A stretch of 64,000 bases of DNA. Origin: Octopus bimaculoides (lineage: Eukaryota). Under the pieces are notes generated by a model. That model searched no databases. It saw nothing but the letters and a program-made list of their open reading frames with translations, and was not told the origin of the DNA. Shown here in pieces: positions 11,835 to 25,214 of the stretch (positions within the stretch are counted from its first letter, which is position 1; each line of letters begins with the position of its first letter). The stretch covers positions 54,218,067 to 54,282,066 of the forward strand of contig NC_068991.1 in NCBI RefSeq assembly GCF_001194135.2, given 5' to 3'. The position numbers and the translations under genes were made by a program.

Positions 11835-12934
11835 GAAACTTGCGGTGAGCGTGCGCAGTCGATTACATCGACCCCAGTGCTCAACTAGCACTTGTTTTAT
11901 CGAGCCCGAAAGGGTCATTCTAAATGGTGGCACACCAGCGCACAGGAGGTAACGCAAGGATACTTTCAGGTCTGTGCATTTAAAAACCACACGCCCACGC
12001 ATGCACGCACACGCATGCACGCACACATTCACACATAGACACATGCATACATGCACACACGTACATCATTATGAGAAAAAAACAGAGGGAGTATGTGTGC
12101 GTGTGCGTGTGTGTATGCGCGGCAGGTGGACGTACTTTTTACAAGATATTCGTCAACCCTAACCTATAGTAGAAGATATTTTGTTCGAGGTACTAAACAA
12201 TGAGATCGAACATACAATCTCATCGTTTCGAAGCGAACTTCTTAAGTGTACATCAATACTTGCATCTATAGGCGTTCTTGCTTGTTGTTTTCAGATTTTT
12301 AGCCACATATAGAGGAAGTTTTCGGTTGTTAATTGTGTGGATAATTTCAGTTGATCGGAGTTGTTCAAGTCATTATATAACATTATTCAACATATCCATC
12401 GCCTATTAAAAAAAAAAAAATTATTGAGTATAATTTGAGAGACGTCTGGGTTTGGCTGCTATTTCTAGCAGCCCACTTCGAATCCCTTCACTATCTCGTT
12501 TGTGTGACTTCGTCACTATACTGAAAGGAATTCTGAAAGACTTTCGAGGAGTAAAAATGTTTTCTTTATAATTAAACCTCTTCAAATTTGACGGTTGTTT
12601 GGAGAAATTCTTTTCCCCAACATAGCTAAAATATTGGTTTCAAATTTTGGCACAAGCCCAGCAAGTTCGGGAGATGGGGGTAAGTCGATTATATCGATCC
12701 CAGTGCGCAATTGGTACTTATTTTATCGATCCCGAAAATATCAAAGCAAAGTCGACTTCGGTGGAATTTGACTCAGAACATAAAAACTGACGAAATACCG
12801 CTCTGCCAACTCGCCATCTTAAACATAGACAAAATATTCTTTTCTACTCTAGGTACAAGGCCCGAAATTTTTGGGGAGGGAGGTCAGTCGATTAGATCAA
12901 CCCCAGTATGCCTCTGGTGCTTAATTTATCGACC

Positions 12935-13385
12935 CTGAAAGTATGAAAGACAAAGTCGACCTCGGCGGAATTTGAACTGAGAAAGTAAAGACAAATAAAA
13001 TACAGCTAAGCATTTCGCCCTGGGGGCTAACTTTTCTTATTTCTTTACTGCCCACAAGGGGCTACACACAGAGGGGACAAACAAGGACAGACAAAGGGAT
13101 TAAGTCGATTGCATCGACCCCTAGTACTTAATTTATCAAAAAGGCAAAGTCGACCTCGGCGAAATTAGAACTCAGAACGTAACGGCAGACGAAATACCGC
13201 TAAGTATTTCGCCCGGCGGGATAACGTTTCTTATTTCTTTATTGCCCACAAGGGGCTAAACATAGAGGGGACAAACAAGGACCGACAAAGGGATTAAGTC
13301 GATTACATCGACCCCAGTGCGTAACTGGTACTTAATTTATCAAAAAGGCAAAGTCGACCTCGGCGAAATTAGAACTCAGAACGTA
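12935..13385 (-). repeat. Head-to-tail family A SINE units, the last two a 204-bp tandem duplication
   Basis: Units at about 13030-13225 and 13228-13385 share a private deletion (atttatcaaaaaggcaaag) and the variant gcgaaattagaac. The second unit runs into a gap. Confidence 0.8.
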
Positions 13386-14341
13386 NNNNNNNNNNNNNNN
13401 NNNNNNNNNNNNNNNNNNNNNNNNNNNNNNNNNNNNNNNNNNNNNNNNNNNNNNNNNNNNNNNNNNNNNNNNNNNNNNNNNNNNNNNNNNNNNNNNNNNN
13501 NNNNNNNNNNNNNNNNNNNNNNNNNNNNNNNNNNNNNNNNNNNNNNNNNNNNNNNNNNNNNNNNNNNNNNNNNNNNNNNNNNNNNNNNNNNCTATAACAA
13601 ATAAATATGTCAAAAAGCAATATAGTAGTATTTTGCTTTCATGATATCACTAAAAAAAGGCGGCGAGAGAGTCGTTAGCATGTCGGGAAAAATGCTTAGC
13701 GGCATTTCGTCCACTTTTACATTCTGAGTTCAAATTCCGCCGAGGTCGACTTTACCTTTCGTCCTTTCGGGGTCGATAAATTAAGTACCAATCAAGCAGT
13801 AGGATCGATGTAATCGACTAGCTCCCTTCCCCAAAATTTCACACATTTTGCCTATAGTTGAAAAGATCTTAATATATCACTAAGGCGGCAAGAATCGTTA
13901 GCGCGTCGGACAAAATGCTTAGCGGTTTTCATCCGACTCTTTGCGTTCTGGGTAAAAATTCTGCCGAAATCGACTTTGCCTTTCCTCCTTCCAGGGGTGG
14001 GGGTCGATAAAATAAGCACCAGTTGAGTACTGGGGTTGATGTAATCTAATGGTCCTTTCCCACCAATTTCCGGCCTTGTGCCTGTTGGAGAAAGAACTAT
14101 TAAATATATTCTCTACAAAAGGACAGCGCCGCTTGCTACGTTGATATTTGTATTACAAAGAAGTAACAGACAAATCTCCCTCGAATCACTAATCACCGTT
14201 TTGGAGAAGGAGAGACGTATTGGATTATGTAGTCCTAGGTATACAAAAAGACAAAATTGTCACGGAGAGGATGCTTTCGCAGGTTCATTCGATCAGGATT
14301 GACTTTGGAGCAGGGTGGTAAACAACTGAATAAGAATCTAC

Positions 14342-14377
<36 letters not shown>

Positions 14378-15490
14378 NNNNNNNNNNNNNNNNNNNNNNN
14401 NNNNNNNNNNNNNNNNNNNNNNNNNNNNNNNNNNNNNNNNNNNNNNNNNNNNNNNNNNNNNNNNNNNNNNNNNNNNNNNNNNNNNNNNNNNNNNNNNNNN
14501 NNNNNNNNNNNNNNNNNNNNNNNNNNNNNNNNNNNNNNNNNNNNNNNNNNNNNNNNNNNNNNNNNNNNNNNNNNNNNNNNNNNNNNNNNNNNNNNNNNNN
14601 NNNNNNNNNNNNNNNNNNNNNNNNNNNNNNNNNNNNNNNNNNNNNNNNNNNNNNNNNNNNNNNNNNNNNNNNNNNNNNNNNNNNNNNNNNNNNNNNNNNN
14701 NNNNNNNNNNNNNNNNNNNNNNNNNNNNNNNNNNNNNNNNNNNNNNNNNNNNNNNNNNNNNNNNNNNNNNNNNNNNNNNNNNNNNNNNNNNNNNNNNNNN
14801 NNNNNNNNNNNNNNNNNNNNNNNNNNNNNNNNNNNNNNNNNNNNNNNNNNNNNNNNNNNNNNNNNNNNNNNNNNNNNNNNNNNNNNNNNNNNNNNNNNNN
14901 NNNNNNNNNNNNNNNNNNNNNNNNNNNNNNNNNNNNNNNNNNNNNNNNNTATATATATATATATATGCATATATGAAATAAATGAATAAATAAAGAAAAT
15001 AATGTAAAACAATGCAATTAGAGTAGACATGTGTTCAGATTAGCGGAGTTTACTTGCAAAGCTTCTTACGTCATATAGAGAAATCTATCTGGTACGAATA
15101 TTTTAGTCAACCCCAATATAGAACCAAGCCTAGTAATTTTTAATGATTAGTATACATTAAGTATTATCAATAATCGGCTTTTTAATCTTTATTTTCAAAT
15201 AATTTACCTACTTTTCAAGAGCGAATCTCCACCGTATTTTGTCACGCTATACAAAATAAATAATTGCCTTAATATAAGTAGATTCATTTACAATACGTAT
15301 AAAGGAGTTCTATGATAATAATAGTAATAATATAGGTTTATGGTGTTTATCTAGAATAATTGACGTGTAATAGCTTAGAGATTCTCAATCAATACTGAAA
15401 AACAGTTCCTAAAATCATTTCAGATATATTTTTATTAGCAGAGGTACCTGGTGCTTTTAGTTTAAAGAGCTAAAAGATTTCTGTTTGAAA

Positions 15491-15766
15491 ATGGCAGATT
15501 CGGTTTCTCTGACAGTTCCTGAAGCCCCACGGAGAAAATCTTCCTCGCCACCAAAACCTGCTGGTGGTGGAGATAACAAACCAATTTCTCCGGTTCAGAT
15601 TTTGACATTTAAAATGTTTATGGTTGTCACTTATCTCAGTATCGGTTTTGGACTTGCATTCTTTCTTGGCATCTATTACGTTTTTCTGTGGGAACCAATA
15701 CGAGGAAATTATAGCCAACACCATGTATATATCGGACATTCTTCAGCGGTATTCCACCCTCAATGA
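15491..15766 (+). CDS. inaF-like: InaF-motif membrane microprotein, paralog 2 (91 aa from the true ATG)
   Basis: gaaaATGG start at 15491 (the ORF track begins at an upstream TTG). Same 276-nt length as paralog 1. Reads KMFMVVTYLSIGFGLAFFLGIYYVFLWEPIRGNYSQHHVYIGHSSAVFHPQ. Confidence 0.85.
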   Translation: MADSVSLTVPEAPRRKSSSPPKPAGGGDNKPISPVQILTFKMFMVVTYLSIGFGLAFFLGIYYVFLWEPIRGNYSQHHVYIGHSSAVFHPQ

Positions 15767-15909
15767 AAGAAACATAAAATCAAAGAGATTTAGACGCTAA
15801 GAAAGGTTCGTTGTTTTTGAGTAATCTTTACATTAACTTTTAAATTTAAGTTACATGCTTAGAACCACTCACACACCCACGTTATAAATATGTAAACTTG
15901 TGTATGTGC

Positions 15910-16219
15910 TATGTATGTATGTATGTATGTATGTATGTATGTATGTCGTTATTCAGTTTTATTTCAAGATTTCATGCCAATAGAGAAAGAGCCGGTTTCT
16001 AACCGAGATCCAAGGCTTCTTCATTGGAATTTCAACATCAACCGGGTATTTTTGTAGGTGTGTATGTGTAGGGTTGTATATTTTGTTTTATGTATTCTCA
16101 TGCAGGTAGTTGCATGTCTAAATATGCTCATATACACTTAAATGATAAACTTCTGGAAAGTTTTACTGATTTTTACAGTTCCACTACGTACGTACGTACG
16201 TACGTACGTACGTACATAC

Positions 16220-16250
<31 letters not shown>

Positions 16251-16275
16251 TGTATGTATGTATGTATGTATGTGA
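15910..16275 (+). repeat. Interspersed repeat embedded in (TATG)n microsatellite
   Basis: Core ttattcagttttatttcaagattt...gccaatagagaaagagccggtttcta also occurs at 38514-38716(-) and 62921-63181(+). Confidence 0.85.
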
Positions 16276-16369
16276 TAAATATTCACAATACGAACAGTTT
16301 TTACTCCAAAGATTCATGACACTTTTTCAATTTATATTTTTTTAAATAGTTAATATCTTTTAAGAAAAT

Positions 16370-17190
16370 CTTTCCTTCAATACTGTGAAATATTTTTTTG
16401 CAAAAACTTTTACATATATGATAATTTTCATGTACCAATAAATGTCAATTTTGTCCCATTCATGTTTTACAACTTCCCAAAATTGATCAGAGTTTGTCAG
16501 TTTACTTCCTACAAGTTTGTCCCCTGTACAACTCCAACTATTGTCTACAGGATTCAAATCCAGTCTCTGTTCTGACTAAAATATAATTAACAGGCAGTTT
16601 TTCTTCAGCTATTTTTGTCTTTGTTCCGTTATTGTTTAGACAAAAATACCTGCTTATTGAAATATGATTTCATTGGTACTCTTTTCTCCAGGAAATAATG
16701 TTGCAGCCTAGCTTGAAAAAGTAGTCCTCTCTCTAAAAGTTTTATAAATTCCAAGGCAGTAATTAATTTTTCACCAAGAACTGCAGATGGAAATGCACAC
16801 CATACCAAGATTCCAAATTTTCTATGCTTCATAGTCATTGAAATACAATTAGCATAGAATATCAAACAAGGCAATGTTCACTAAAAGACAGCATTCACAA
16901 CAATCTTGGTTTATTGCTCCAGAAGACTCTGTAAAGCATTCCTGAATTTCAGTTACCATTCCTGGTAAAAAAATATGCCACTTTTCTTTAAATTTTCTGG
17001 ATTAACAGAGACGACGTAGCAAATAATCTACAGATAATATCTACATCTTTCAACTGTTTTACAATTATCTTTCTGGAGGCAGTTATATTTCCAGCAGTTT
17101 CCTCTGAAAAACTAAGGCTTTCTGTCCCTATAGACTCATGTAGTTCCAACCTTGTCTAAATACTGTAATCCCTACAACAGAGCTAATTTC
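16370..17190 (-). mobile_element. Decayed Tc1-like transposase
   Basis: Minus-strand CISMTMKHRKFGILVWCAF resembles CxxxTVKHGGGSIMVWG. NPVDNSW...FWEVVKHEWDKI resembles DLNPIENLW...EWxKI. Multiple stops and frameshifts. Confidence 0.75.
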
Positions 17191-17201
17191 CTGGAAATAT
17201 A

Positions 17202-17640
17202 GGTGCAGGTGTGACTGTGTGCTTAGAAGTTTGCTTCCCAACTACATACTATTCAGTCGTACTGCATATAACCTTGGGCAAAAGTCTTCTATTATAGCCT
17301 CAAGTTGACCAAAACCTTGTGAGTGGATTTAGTAGACGGAAAGTAAAAGAAACCTATGGTATATACACACACACACACACACATATGATGTGTGTACGTT
17401 CGTGTGTATGTGTCTTTGTGCATATGTTTGTCCCTCACCATCACTTGACAATCGGTTTTAGAGTATTTATAAGTCCCCGTAACTTAGCGTTTCGGCAAAG
17501 AAACCGATAGAATAAGTACCAGCTTCTACAACAAATAATAAGTTCTGGGGTCGATAAGTTCGATTTAAAATTCTTCAAGGTGGCACCCTAGAATGGCTGC
17601 AGTCTACTGACTGAAACAAGTGAAAGATAAAAGATAAAGA
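17202..17640 (+). mobile_element. tRNA-derived SINE (family D, with internal CA/GT microsatellite)
   Basis: Head GTGGCTGTGTGGTAAGAAG-like, core ccttgggcaag and tail gactgaaacaagtaaaaga. Other copies at 20030-20235(-), 21045-21215(-), 21602-21995, 27247-27366(-), 53890-54165(-), 55505-55870 and 59190-59615. Confidence 0.85.
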
Positions 17641-18058
17641 GAAACCCATACTTTTTATATTAAGTAGAGAAATATGTATTTTGTTCCTCGTTAGCTTGTG
17701 CAGGGAGCCCACTAAATATGTTGTGAGTGCTTCAGAAAGAATTGTAATTGGATTCTTATTATCCACACCAACATGCAATATCGTTTTCTTTAATATATCT
17801 AACACAAACGGGAGATCTGCCTTTATTTAAATAGTTAAGCTATAATTAGAGCTATTTATACACAAATTTTGATGTAAACACAAAAATAACAACAACAAAA
17901 AATCTTGTTTACTTCAATTTAAAAGAAACCTGAAAGTAAACTTAATAATATTTAACCCTTTGCCTGTCCAAATCATTTTTATAACTTTTTCCGAGATGTC
18001 CAGGTTTGTTTCCAAATTTTAGTTAATCTTTGTTTTATATATATATATATATATATAG

Positions 18059-18813
18059 GAGACTGTCAGAAGGATGTAAACGCCTTTGATGAGAACTCAA
18101 TAAGGTTCGAAATTCGATTAAGGTTGTCGTTTGTCCAAAGTATGTGCTCATTGGCAAAGACTAACCTCGTTTTCCAGTTTTTCACACTGATGAGAGGTTT
18201 AATGGCAGGAGAATGAGCATAAAGTCTAACTTTCTTCAAATGACAAGCCACAGTCTTCCGAGAGATATTCATCCCGTAATCACGATTTACTTGGCGAGAA
18301 AAACCTGCTACAGTATCCAAACGGTCTCTTAATAACAGCCGCTGAATCACAGGGTCTTGCCAAACACTTGTCTTCCATGGTCTCTTTCGTTTTTCTAATG
18401 ACACAAACGAACTTGTTCCCTCACAAAGCTTGAGTATTCATAAAACAATACTCTTTGATCTGTTAATGTCTCTGGCTAGCAGAAATTGCCATTCCTTCTT
18501 CTTTCAATCTGACCGCTCGCTTTCTGAGACTTTCATCAACTTTACGTCGGCTTTCCATGGTTGTTAATTCCCTACTGTTTAATATAAATCTTTGCACTGT
18601 TAGGTCAACTTAGTTTACATTGATCGGAGTGTTGCCAGATTTTACTTTTTGAATTTTACACCATACGTTCTCTAATTTTGTCCATCTTGTATAATTATAA
18701 ACAGGGCAAATTTTTAGCCATTTCTCCGTAGACTAAAAAAAACGACAAGCAACCTTAATCGAATTTAGAACCTTATTGAGTTCTCATCAAAGGCGTTTAC
18801 ATCCTTCTGACAG

Positions 18814-18817
<4 letters not shown>
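18059..18817 (-). mobile_element. Internally deleted Tc1-like transposon with intact 68-bp TIRs inside (TA)n
   Basis: TIRs at 18059-18126 and 18750-18817 differ at 1 base. The minus-strand remnant from ATG 18558 includes SRKTVACHLKKVRLYAHSPAIKPLISVKNWKTRLVFANEHILWT (Tc1 DNA-binding/linker region) and runs straight into the TIR. The DDE domain is absent. Confidence 0.85.
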
Positions 18818-18846
<29 letters not shown>

Positions 18847-19252
18847 NNNNNNNNNNNNNNNNNNNNNNNNNNNNNNNNNNNNNNNNNNNNNNNNNNNNNN
18901 NNNNNNNNNNNNNNNNNNNNNNNNNNNNNNNNNNNNNNNNNNNNNNNNNNNNNNNNNNNNNNNNNNNNNNNNNNNNNNNNNNNNNNNNNNNNNNNNNNNN
19001 NNNNNNNNNNNNNNNNNNNNNNNNNNNNNNNNNNNNNNNNNNNNNNNNNNNNNNNNNNNNNNNNNNNNNNNNNNNNNNNNNNNNNNNNNNNNNNNNNNNN
19101 NNNNNNNNNNNNNNNNNNNNNNNNNNNNNNNNNNNNNNNNNNNNNNNNNNNNNNNNNNNNNNNNNNNNNNNNNNNNNNNNNNNNNNNNNNNNNNNNNNNN
19201 NNNNNNNNNNNNATATATATATATATATATATATATATAGGTATGTATGTAT

Positions 19253-19627
19253 CTGTTATATGCAACAGTAGAAATATTAGAGTGTAATAGCCGTTTGTGT
19301 CTAATATTTGATTTAAATGCATCATGAATAAATATCAATACTGGGGTACTGGTTCATGTACAATATCTCTTATGGACCTACTATGTGTAAAATTACAAAT
19401 ACATCAATAGCAAACGAAAATTCATTCTTGCAGCCACATGTGAGAATGCTTGATGCGTATTTCTGCCTCGTTGAGCTTTGTCAGTTGCATGAACTCATTA
19501 CCAACCGCATACTAAGACGAAATCTGGTGCTACTGATATAAGAAAACGGTGATTGAACAGCCACTGCTGTTGCAATTAGGCATAAATGACAGTTTTAACA
19601 GAATACTGCTTCTATTGCATATAACGG
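19253..19627. mobile_element. Possible MITE
   Basis: Imperfect terminal inverted repeat ctgttatatgcaacagtag / cttctattgcatataacgg. No clear TSD. Confidence 0.45.
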
Positions 19628-19995
19628 ACTTTTATTCAGCTGGACGGCTAATTGCAGCATCAGTGATTGTTCTTCGGTTTGTTGGCTCAGTTTTCATTGA
19701 AATTTTGTCATTGACCGAAGATCATTTTATCCCTAGCTATGCATGATTAAGTCTAAGACAAGGAATACACATAACGACAAGCAAAATTTGAATTTTAGTA
19801 TTATATGTANNNNNNNNNNNNNNNNNNNNNNNNNNNNNNNNNNNNNNNNNNNNNNNNNNNNNNNNNNNNNNNNNNNNNNNNNNNNNNNNNNNNNNNNNNN
19901 NNNNNNNNNNNNNNNNNNNNNNNNNNNNNNNNNNNNNNNNNNNNNNNNNNNNNNNNNNNNNNNNNNNNNNNNNNNNNNNNNNNNNNNNNNNNNNN

Positions 19996-20028
<33 letters not shown>

Positions 20029-20221
20029 CCTTTTACTTGTTTCACTCATTTGACTGCAGCCATGCCGGAGCACCACCTTAAAGGGTGCTAGTCAAAGAAA
20101 TTGACCTCAGGACTTATTCTTTGTAAGCCTAGTACTTATTCTATCGGTCTCTTTTGCCGAACCGCTCATGTTACGGGGACATAAACACACCAGCATCGGT
20201 TATCAAGCGATAGCAGGGCTA

Positions 20222-20258
<37 letters not shown>

Positions 20259-21755
20259 GATACGGTTCTGTAATACATTAGCGGTGCCAATAAGTAGTTG
20301 TTAAATCTCAATATACTCATATTCACAGTATTAGAAAGGGCCGGTGGTGAGGAGTTGAAAACTGTCAGACATTAAAAGTACTCTGAGAAAGCTATAACAT
20401 TCCACACAGACACTCAGCTATTGGTGGTCATTTCCTTATAGCAGAAAGAACAGTAAGCTTTTGAAAGTGATTACGTAACTCTTGTTCTTTTGTGATTCGA
20501 ATACAAATGCACACACATACGTGAATGTATACGTACACACGTAAATGTATGGTGTGTGCGTATTATATGCTGTAAATATTAAATACCGGTTAAGTAATCT
20601 TTCCCTCCGGCCACCTGACCCGTCAAACAATTAATTCTATTTATCTGCACGAATATTTGGGATAAAAACAAACATTTTAAGACGTCAAGCATTAATTAAA
20701 GCGGTTCTAATTAGGACCTGAAATCATGTCGACCAAATGACGGTCTAATAAAGAGTGGTGTATGTGTGCGTATATATGAGTATGTGTGTATGGGCATGTG
20801 CATGCATAAGTGAATGCATATACTTGTATGTGTGTGTAAATGTTAAATCTGTATACATGTGTGCATATGTATACATATGCATGCGTATGATACACACACA
20901 CACACATACACACACAGACACACACAACACACACACATATATTCTCCGAAGCAGACGTAAATTGAGTTTATACGCACACTCACACACACTCTCTCTTTCT
21001 CTCTTTCTCTCTTTCTCTCACACACACGCGCACACGCATATATATGCATACGATGGGCTTCCACGCAGTTTCTGTTAACTAAATTTACTCTCAAGACATT
21101 GGTCGACCCGGAGCTATAGAAGAAGGCATTTCCCCAAAGTGTCGCGCAATGGGATTGAAATCCAAACCACACGGTTTGCAAACCGAGCTTCTCAGCCACA
21201 CAGCCATGCCTGCTTATGAAGCCTGCATACCCGCTTTAATAAACCACGGTAATATCGAACAACGTACAATCAGAACTTATTGACTGAAAATAGCTTTCTT
21301 GCAGAGAATGAAATTTGATATATTTCCCTCAGGTTCAAACGTTGCAGATTTGATTAATTTCTGGTGACCATTGTTCTGCAAACATATTTCAAAATTAATG
21401 AAATTTGCCCCGACTTCAGAACGACATCCAATTGTGAACAAATATTTTCATCGATGAAATTCATATTAAATAATCTCACGACTGACTGAATGAAGCTTGA
21501 AAAGTTTTCTGTTGTTCTCCATAACTAATTTAAGAACAAACATTGACGGAATCAAAACAGACTGAAAAGTCTCATCAAAAATGATGTTTACATTGTTTCT
21601 AGGGGTGCGGCGTGGCTGTGTGGTAAGAAGGTTGCTTTCCAACCACATGGTCTCGGGTTCAGTCCCACTGCGTGGCACGCTGGGCAAGTATCTTCTATAG
21701 CCTCGGGCCAACCAAAGCCTTGTGAGTGGTAGACGGAAATTGAAAAAAGCCCGTC

Positions 21756-21790
<35 letters not shown>

Positions 21791-22798
21791 TGTCAATGTT
21801 TGTCGCCCCACCGTCGCTTGACAACTGATGTTGATGTGTTTACGTCCCCGTAATTTAGCGGTTCGGCAAGAGAACCGCTAGAGTAAGTACAAGGCTTACA
21901 AAGAATAAGTCCTGGGGTCGATTTGTTCGACTAAAGATGGTGGTCCAGCATGGCCGCAGTCAAATGACTGAAACAAGTAAAAGAATAAAAGAATATTATC
22001 GAGTGAGCAATAAACAAATAAATAGTAAAAAGAAAATTGTATATCTCACAGAACATCCCAAAACTAGACACCAATATTTAAGCATTATCTAATCCTAATT
22101 AGGTTACATATGAAGAAAACCAAACAATACCAAAGTAAGTGATCCTCACAAACTTTGAATCCACAATCAATTACCACTTTACACGAATGAAGTACAACCC
22201 AGAATAACTAGACTAAGATATAAGAAATTTACAGTTGAGCATAACATGTGCATTCCCATCATTAGCTGCCTAAACGGATACCACTATAGTTTCGACACTG
22301 GTATATCCAATGCTTCTTCCTTGGACTTCGACTTAAAATTAAAACTTCTAATCCCTGATTAATTTAATTTGAAATGATTGTCTCGCTTACAATTACTGGT
22401 CATCAGGGCACGCCACATATTATTATAACATGTTTTAAGGAGGCGGGCTGGCAGAACCGTTAAGCACGCAGAGCAAAATGTTTAGTGATATTTTGTCTGC
22501 CTTTACGTTCAGATTTCAAATTCTGCCAAGGTCGCTTTTACCTTTCATCCTTTCGGAGTCGATAAAATTATCACTGGTCAAATACTAGGGTCAATGTAAC
22601 TGACTTTTCCTTCCCTTCAAAAACAAGATTTGGAACCACCATAACACATTTCACAGGAACAAAATGTTGGTGCAAGACACATAGGGTGAATTTGAACTTA
22701 TGCAAGAAATAACTGTCGTCTGAAATGGAAAATAGTGGCGAGCTGACGTAACTAAACCGTACAGTTGACTAGAAAAAGCATACATACATACATATATA

Positions 22799-22925
22799 CA
22801 GGGTGTCCACAAAGTCTGGGTACGTGGAGTAAATAAAATCATGACATAAACAATTAAATATAAGAAATAATAATTTCTTAAAGTACGTGTTAATCCCCAT
22901 GTACCCAGACTTTGTGGACACCCTG
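22799..22925. mobile_element. 127-bp Tc1/mariner MITE
   Basis: Perfect 25-bp TIRs CAGGGTGTCCACAAAGTCTGGGTAC with TA on both sides. Confidence 0.9.
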
Positions 22926-23229
22926 TATATATATATATATNNNNNNNNNNNNNNNNNNNNNNNNNNNNNNNNNNNNNNNNNNNNNNNNNNNNNNNNNNNN
23001 NNNNNNNNNNNNNNNNNNNNNNNNNNNNNNNNNNNNNNNNNNNNNNNNNNNNNNNNNNNNNNTATCAGCTCAACATATAGGATCCTGGTTAGCGTAGTAT
23101 TCCAATATTCGAAGGAAGATCGGTTAGACACCGATCAATAGGAAGAGGAGCACTTCATAATTCCAAGATGTGATCTTGGCTTAAAATAAGACATGCAGAG
23201 TGAACAACAACAACATTAATGATGATAAT

Positions 23230-23790
23230 AAATGTCCTGATCCAGACAGATGCTCTTATAGCTTTTGATCATAACTGATTGGAAGTGTTATCATGCACAT
23301 TGTTTTGTCTTGGTATAAAAGATGGGCTACAACAAATATTCTGCTCAATATCACAGATTTGCTTGTCAGTTGTTTGACCTTAACTAGTTGAACAAGTCCT
23401 TTAGTGGATGATGATATGTGCATCTTTGATTATGAGCAGAAATAGTGGGGTAGCATCACAGCGATGTGTTGAGAGGAATTCTTTGGAGTTTGAATAATTC
23501 ACCTCTGGGAACATGGGTGCTTTGTTCCTCTTCCTTAAGTAAACCTTATTCAGGGACCTTTTAAGCTGGATGGGCTCCTCGATCTGAAAGTAAATTCTGA
23601 CTGGACCCCACCTGCAAGCTCATGCGCAGTTTATCGTGACATGAGATCACCATGTGCCTAGTGTACCCTTATCAGACAGGTAATCATGATAGGTATATTG
23701 GGCTTCGTACATTTGTACCCCAGTGTCACTTTGGTGGCATGCATTGCTCTCTCACCCAATAATAACAACAACAACAACAACAACAACAAC

Positions 23791-23853
<63 letters not shown>
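23230..23853 (+). repeat. Unclassified retroposon-like sequence ending in (AAC)n(AAT)n
   Basis: A compositionally distinct ~520-bp block ending in a 97-bp trinucleotide tail (23757-23853). No second copy in this window. Confidence 0.45.
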
Positions 23854-23855
<2 letters not shown>

Positions 23856-25214
23856 TTTAGATGAGGAAAGGAGAAATCATGTCGGCATTACGATCGTTTC
23901 CGTAAACCAACAATTTTTTATTTCATATTTCATACAATATTATGTTATACATTCCGTGTATAGAAATATGTAATAACAATTTTATAGTTCGTTCACTTAC
24001 TCAGACATCTTCAATTACATACGTACATACATACATACATACATACATACATACATACATACATACTTAAACTCAGACACACACGCAGACACATATATTA
24101 TAGGTAGTTAGGATAAATCCCAACTGTTTCCTCTTGAAGCACATCTGCTTAATACATTATTACAGTCAATATGTATCCAAAGTCTATTAAGCATGTGAAT
24201 CTTTGTTATTCCTATTAGCAAATGAAACACCTGTAATGGAGAATAAATAATACGCCCAAAATTCCACTTTCGTGTTTTGTTATACATACATACATACATA
24301 CATATATGGTGGTTGTCTACTCCTTAAACAGAGTTTGACCACCTCCTGCACCTACACCTTAGCCCTTTCATGGCGTCTGATGTGGCTTTTTAAACCAGAC
24401 AGTGTTNNNNNNNNNNNNNNNNNNNNNNNNNNNNNNNNNNNNNNNNNNNNNNNNNNNNNNNNNNNNNNNNNNNNNNNNNNNNNNNNNNNNNNNNNNNNNN
24501 NNNNNNNNNNNNNNNNNNNNNNNNNNNNNNNNNNNNNNNNNNNNNNNNNNNNNNNNNNNNNNNNNNNNNNNNNATATATATATATATATATAACTCGAAC
24601 GAAAGTATTATAAGTAATGCCAGAAAAATCGCTAAAACTCTTTTTCTTTCACGGTCAGATGTCAAGTCTGTTAACTGATTGCTCGAAAAGCTTCTTATTT
24701 TAAATTGATCTTGAAAGTATCCTAGCAGCACATGAACGGGGATTAAGTATTCATTCTATTAAGTGAGGTGAATACGACGAGTATTTTTCCTTAAATGCCG
24801 TTAGGTAGCTCGTATATAAGCACCGTTAACAAAAGTGAAGCTTTGACAACGTAACGAAGAACATTCTGGAGTTTGTCTTTGTTTATTAGTTTCATAATTA
24901 CGAACTTTGTAGCAGTTTTCGTGATTATATCTCCTCGATTAAAGGTTAATCTTACGTGGTGGCTCATTAGGAACACTAGCTAGCAATTACACAATGCATA
25001 GATTATAATAACATCACAGCAACACACACACACACACAGGCTTTTGTTACTTACTTCGAATAAAAAAATTAGCCTGTTTTATACTTCAGAATCTGGAATT
25101 TTATTGCTTTATATCGAATATAGTTTGTCATAATTTCAAATAATTCATTGAAAAAATATATAAATTTATTTATCTATTATTTATTTTATTATTTTTTTTT
25201 TAATGGTTTACTTA

